Below are positions 37,210 through 43,383 of a stretch of DNA of 43,383 bases, in pieces. The stretch is taken from NCBI RefSeq assembly GCF_001194135.2, contig NC_068984.1, forward strand, positions 65,312,286 to 65,355,668. The letters run 5' to 3'. Position numbers and translations under genes: made by a program. A model generated the notes under the pieces. It saw only the letters and a list, made by a program, of their open reading frames with translations. It was not told where the DNA came from and did no database searches. This DNA comes from Octopus bimaculoides. Taxonomy: Eukaryota. How positions within the stretch are numbered: position 1 is the stretch's first letter; each line of letters starts with the position of its first letter.

Positions 37210-39413
37210 GTAAGATTCAAAATTATGTGGCTTGTATTCTTAACTAATATACAGCAGTATAATTTCAAATAATTATATTTATTTATTAAAGTTTGTCTGA
37301 AATAGCCAATGACAAAATGTAAATGCATATAAGTTAGAGGAATTATTCCATGTTCCATAAAATAAAAGAAATAATGATCTTGTTTAATGTTTAATTTTTT
37401 AGGTTCTTTAACCCACCCCCACCTCACTCCAAAATTATTAAAACAGCTTAGTTGGATAACATTCATATTACAGCCACCAGGATATATATATTCTACTCAT
37501 TGATATGGTGCATTATTGTACTCAAGAAGATCTTCCCACCACAACAGAAGTGATATCCTAAAACCAAGGTGCCATATAAAAAGTGCTGGTGCTACATTAG
37601 AAGCTCTTGTGCTGGTGCCACTTAAAAAGCACTGGAGATGGTACCATATAAAAAGTATCTACTACAGCATGTAAAGGGGTTGGTGTTAAGAAGGGCATCC
37701 AGCTGTAGAAACCAAGCTAAAAGAGCTATGCAACCTGGTGTGATCCCTGGTCTTGCCAGTTCCTGTCAATCCACCCAACCCATGCCAGCATGGAAAATGA
37801 ATGTTAAATGTTGATGATGTTAGCTTATATACTCATATCATTGTGCATACAAACACAAATATATTTGCTAATCAGCATACATTTAAGTTTCAAATGAGTG
37901 GTTTTCCTTTCAATTCTATGAGTTATTCTATATTTTAATACATATAATAATTAATATGCTATTAAATTTAATAGATGATATTGTTTGATTTATTCTGAAT
38001 GTAGTCATGCTAGCCAACTAAGGGTCATCTACTAGTTGCTCAACCTGCTAGAAATAGCAACAATATTACACTCTACTATCTTAAAAACAAAAAGACATGT
38101 GAGATTACAAGATCCTAGAGAACAATATAATGAAAAATAAAATGGGTTGGTCATGACTAGCAAGCCTTTGACTTTTAAGTCTACTCACTCAGGGCTGTCT
38201 TGACCTCATTTCTATGCTACAAGTAATGCAAGTAGACATTACTATGCTAATGGTCTGTAATTGCCTGAAACATATCTATTGTTGTTCCACTCCTACAAAC
38301 ATTAAACTTTCCTGCTTCAAAACATGTAAATTTACTTTGAGAGTCAATAACAATTGCTATGAGGATTCTAGTTTCCTTCTCCATTTGTTCAAATCTTGCA
38401 ATGGTCAACTTACCCTTTCACCTTTTCAAGGTTGATAAATAAAGTGCCAATTGAGTACAGTGGATTGGCAGAACTGTAAGACTGCCAGACTAGATGTCTT
38501 GCAGTATTTCTTCTGGCTCTTTACATTCTAATTTCAAATCCTGCAGTGGCTTTCATGCATGGTAGACTTAATCTGTCACTCAATTTAATACCACTACCTG
38601 GCAGCCAAAAAGCTTTTAACAGAGCCCACTCTATTATAAGCATTGAAACCAAATCTCCAGTTTGAGGATATCTTCCTCCCCACCCTTCTTTCCACCAGTC
38701 TTGAAAGCCCTTTGAAGTGTCATGGGTACTGTCTTCTTAAAACATTTGAAAAATCTAACCAAGAAATTTCAATTAATTCTTTCTAATTTTGGCATAAGGC
38801 CAGCAATTTTGAGGAGAGGAGTCAAGTCTATTACATTGACCCCAGTACTTGGCCAATACTGTACTTATTTTATCAGCCCTGAAAGGATTATAGGCAAAGT
38901 CAACCTCAGTGGAATTTGAACTCAGAACGTAAAGAACTATAAGAAATGGCACTCAGTATTTTTTTCTGTACTAACAATTCTGACAAATTGCCACCTTCAG
39001 TTAATTTCAATTAATTAACAACTTTTTACATATGGCATTCAGCACATCAGCTCTAAACATATTACACTACTGTTGGTATGAACACTGATGGGAATTAACA
39101 ATATTGTCCTGGTTTTGTTGACTTTCTTAGGTATACCAAAACTAGTCCCCTAAATATTGATACTAATAGTAGAAGAATTCAGAGGTGCTTGGTAGGTTCA
39201 GTTACTCAAGGCATTGACCTATGTCTGAAAGTGAAGAATAGAAAAAAGTGTTGTTAAGTAAATGGGAAGTTTAGAAAATGAGAAACAACTGAACTGAAGT
39301 AGGTCAAGGGATTGCATGCAAGATAGCTTTTTCTCATGGGCTCATAGATGTAAATAATTTTATCAATATGAAAGAAATAATCAGTTATTTGTTTTCTTTT
39401 CTTTCTTGAACAG

Positions 39414-39582
39414 GTACCAATTGTGATCCCAGTAATCGTTGTGATCATGTCAGCTTATCTTGTACTGGCACCAGTCATCCAGAATCCAAAGATAGAATTC
39501 TTCTTTGCTTTTCTCTTCATCTGCAGCGGTCTGCTTTTCTACTTCCCATTTGTTTACAAGAAGATTTCTCCACCTGGAATAG
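39414..39582 (+). CDS. SLC7A9: SLC7A9-like transporter exon (equivalent to exon 12)
   Basis: Acceptor ttttctttcttgaacag, donor ATAG|gtaaag, 169 nt, phase 0 to 1. VPIVIPVIVVIMSAYLVLAPVIQNPKIEFFFAFLFICSGLLFYFPFVYKKISPPGI gives the last two TM helices of a LAT-family transporter. Confidence 0.95.
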
Positions 39583-39739
39583 GTAAAGTATTTTTCTTAA
39601 AATACTGTGAGAGAAAAGTTTCCATTCCCTAATTATTAAGACAAGTAGAGACATTAAATATTTAGAACATAAGCTTACCATATATATATATAATATCTGA
39701 ATGTATGTGTGTGCATGCATGTCATTGTATATATGTTTG

Positions 39740-39900
39740 TCCTCCAACTGGTGTTGGTGTGTTTACATCCTTGTAACTTAGTGGTTGAGGGACCAGTAGA
39801 AGTAAAAAATTTGTATTGGGGTCAATTTGATTGATTGAAGTTCTTCAAGGTGGTGCTCAAGCATGGCCAAAGTCTAATAACTGAAACAAAAAGGGATAGA
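39740..39900 (+). mobile_element. SINE 3' half in a transporter intron
   Basis: GTTGGTGTGTTTACATCC.TGTAACTTAG...GGTGGTGCTCAAGCATGGCC...CTGAAACAA matches 1575-1730. Confidence 0.7.
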
Positions 39901-39919
39901 AAGGAGAGAGAAACATTGT

Positions 39920-40148
39920 TTAACCTTTTGGATATCAACTTGGCTAAGACAGCCCCTAGTTCAATGATTCAGACTTTCTGTTTTAAAGTGATCTAAATTT
40001 TAAACTTACAATAAAAATTTCATGATAATTTATAATCCAAACCTAGCTTTAAAAAAAAGACAAAATTATTTTACTAAATTCTTAATTATTTTCAAAATTA
40101 ATTGAGACAAATGCAGTGTATTTCAAAAGAAATTTAGTAAAAGGATAA
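39920..40148 (+). mobile_element. TTAA-flanked short non-autonomous element (piggyBac-like MITE), copy 2
   Basis: TTAA-CCTTTTGG ... AAAAGG-ATAA; internal similarity to the reverse complement of 6723-6950. Confidence 0.6.
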
Positions 40149-42113
40149 ATGAAAACAAAAGATTAGATATATAAATGTATGAGATTAGTTATTGTTAATA
40201 CAATTGTAATTTTTCTGAATCTTTATAGCATCTTTAGAGATTAAACAATTTTAAATATTGCATCTATTACATTTTAATTGGTTTAATCTCCATTCATCCT
40301 CGCATGAGTTATTTATGAATATTTAATAGTATGGACTCAATTCAAACTAAGGAAATTTATTTCTAAATTAATATTAGTAACAATCTTATATTTGATTGTC
40401 ATATTAAATGGGAAGTGGAAAATTACTGATCTCTATGGAACGAAAACAAAAAGAATCAAAGGCTAAGAAAGATTAACTGGACTTTCATAGAATTTACAAT
40501 TTTCAATGGCTGCACTGTAAGACAAAGAAATACTGCTTTAGAGTTTTCTCTGATTAAGCATCACATGATGATAAAATATTTAATAAGTACTCCAAAAAAA
40601 GGTGGTGAGCTGGCAAAAATTGTTAGCACACCAGTTAAAATGCTTTGTAGCATTTCTTATGGCTTGTTCAAATCCTGCCATGGTCAACATAACTTTCTAT
40701 CTTTTCAGGGTTGATAAAATAAATGCCAGTTGAACACTTGCAATTGATGTAATCGACTGCCCTGCTTCCCAACAATTTCAGATCTTGTGCCAATATTAGA
40801 ACCAAGAAACAATTAATGTCCCAATGACTTAATGTGACACTATGCATTTGAACATGTTAAGATTATCATCAATTCCAATGAAGAATTCTTATATAGATAT
40901 AGTATCATAAGTATCTTGAATTTTTAGCCAAACAGACCCACCACATCACATATGTGCTATACTTATATTATCAAACTTGGAAAAATAAAAGGTCCAATTA
41001 ATCTCAACAAGTTTTGATCTGAAGCATGGTTTCTTAATACTAGATCCCATTAAGCATATAGCCCAGTGCACTTCATGTTTATACCACACTAGAAATGAAT
41101 TGGGTTAATTTCTGTTTTATCCTTATGTCGCCGATCATATCAGGGGTAATCATCTTTCCTTCCAATGTGTGATCATGAGCTAATAAATTAATAGAGACAT
41201 AGCTACAATCATCATCACTGGTTTTAGTATCTCCACATGAAAAATATCTAGGTTAACAATGTATTTGAAAAATAGTATATTTTAGAAAGATTAATTACAG
41301 TGTGCAACAAAATTTTAATGTTTTTTTTTTTTATATCTTTGATCAGTAAGTGTTATTTTCTATTTGCTTTTATCTAGAAATCAAAGGAAATGACTGCTAT
41401 TCCCTTCAAACTTCGCTTTTGTGACCTGGACATCAATTTTTTGAAACTGACCTTTTTCCTATTACATTTCAGACAGATTCAATGCTAAGTTGCTCAAACA
41501 GAAATATCGTTATAGCAAATATTCTGCTCAGTACCATAGATTTGCCTACCAGTTGCTTGACCATAACCACATGGGCATGTCCCTTAGTGGCTGACAATAT
41601 GTGCATTGCTGGTCATGTGCAGGAGTAGTAAGGGGAGCATCATAGGCATGTGTTGACAGGGATTCTTTGAGGTTTGAATAAATATTATAACAAAAGCAAA
41701 GTTTGAAGGAAATATTAGTCATTTTTCATACTTTCTAGGGGTAAGCAAATAGAAAATAACAGTTGCTACCCAAGGACAAAATAGACTGCTAAAATTGTTA
41801 TTCTTTACTCCAGGGTCATCTCTGATCTTCAGTTTAGCACACATATGACCAAGAGCATTCTAGCCATTACCATCCAAACTTTGTTTCAAGTATAGTCTGT
41901 ATAAAAATACATTGTTTCATGTATCATTCTTGGCATAAAATGGTATCCAATCCTGTTCTTAAGTACTGGTAAATGAAATTCTATCTCCAGATCAGTTCAT
42001 TCCTATACTGTTTAGATGCAATGAATCTAGATCCCAATCTCATACAAAAAGCCAATGCCTGTCTGATAATTTTCTTATTTTATTGTTACTTATTTGTCAT
42101 TTTACATTTACAG

Positions 42114-42220
42114 GAAGATTCCAGCTGTTCTTACAAAAACTGCTGTGTGTTGTGCCAAGTGATACAAGTCCTGAAGAAGAGGAAATGTCAGAGCTCTCAA
42201 GTGATGCTAAAAAGCTTTAG
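42114..42220 (+). CDS. SLC7A9: SLC7A9-like transporter terminal coding exon
   Basis: Acceptor ttttacatttacag; phase 1 fits the previous exon. (G)RFQLFLQKLLCVVPSDTSPEEEEMSELSSDAKKL* resembles the LAT C-terminal LQ.L..VVP motif; stop TAG ends at 42220. Confidence 0.9.
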
Positions 42221-43340
42221 ATTATTTTAAGTCATTGAAACTGCTGTTTTTTTTTTAATGATTTATATAATGAAATAAGTGAAAAAAAAATCCATCTAAT
42301 TTTGTTTGAATCATTTTCTTTATTATTTTTCATTTGTGTGTTAATTTGTTAATCTCTCTTTTGTTCCTTCCTTAATCATATAGTATATAGTATATATATA
42401 TATATATATATATATATAATGTGTGTGTGTATGTATATATGTGTATATACATACACATATATATTTATGTATTTATTTATATATATATATATATATATGG
42501 GTTTCTGTCTCACTTCTCCTCATCTTGTTTTGTTTTCTGTCTCTAAAGTTTTATATCACTCTTATGAAAGTACCAGACATTAGTTTCTAATTTGTTCATA
42601 CGCCATCCCCACTCCCAAACACATACAACCATACATACATATTCACACATCTAAATATGTGTGTGTGTGTGTGTGTGTGTGCACGTGTGTATCTGTGTCT
42701 GTGTGCTTGTGTGTGTTCATTTTGTTCATTGCATGCTGGATGTGATTTTGTTTATAGCCACAAATATTCCACAAACCTTATTGTTGTCCAATAGGTTTTC
42801 TAGGAATAAGGAACACAATTTGCATTAAGTTTTGAACCCTAAACCTCACAAGAACATTACTGTCACGTGCTTCTTCTTTTTTATTATTCTTTTATGAGTT
42901 TCTTTCCTGTGTTGTCAAATCTAGACATGCACACAGGCACACAGATACACACAAAGAGACAGTCACACACATACACGCACACATGCGTGTGAATGGGTTC
43001 GTGGTAGGACAATTGCTGTTTTGATGAAGCCTATTGAGGTAGAAACATGTGCCAACAGTTGTCATTTTTTCTCTAGACAAAAGCAAAACAAAAAGCATTC
43101 CCTTAATGGTATGTTAATATAGGAAAATTTTTAATCCTTCAGATTATCTTGAACCCTTCAGATTATCTTCCCTCATCATTTTGAGTTAGTTGCAATTGCC
43201 AATAGATGTTTGTTTGCCTTTTCTTAGTGCAAAGATAATTTCCCAAAATCACAGAATTATCTTGTATGGTATTTTATAAACCTTGATTCATCTTTGTTGT
43301 TCAAATTTGTGCCACTGGCCATTCTGTGTTATTTCATCCT

Positions 43341-43383
<43 letters not shown>

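Overview
AT-rich, microsatellite- and SINE-dense metazoan genomic DNA. The repeat families resemble those of octopus/cephalopod genomes (inference). Both window ends and all four N gaps abut (TA)n tracts. The only confidently identified gene is the 3' part of a + strand SLC7A9-like (b0,+AT) amino acid transporter: four exons at 36136-42220 matching vertebrate exons 10-13. No upstream exon was recognised in the preceding 36 kb. That stretch holds a dead Tc1/mariner element, a degenerate RLE-type non-LTR retrotransposon split by a SINE, several MITE families, a ~480-bp foldback palindrome and many SINEs. Two observations stand out. (1) A tRNA-headed SINE-like element carries a Penelope-type minimal hammerhead ribozyme and an inverted 5' duplication (18290-18580). 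(2) A chain of phase-compatible, stop-free exon candidates on the - strand (about 29.8-35.4 kb) may be an unannotated gene antisense to, and possibly nested in, the transporter locus.
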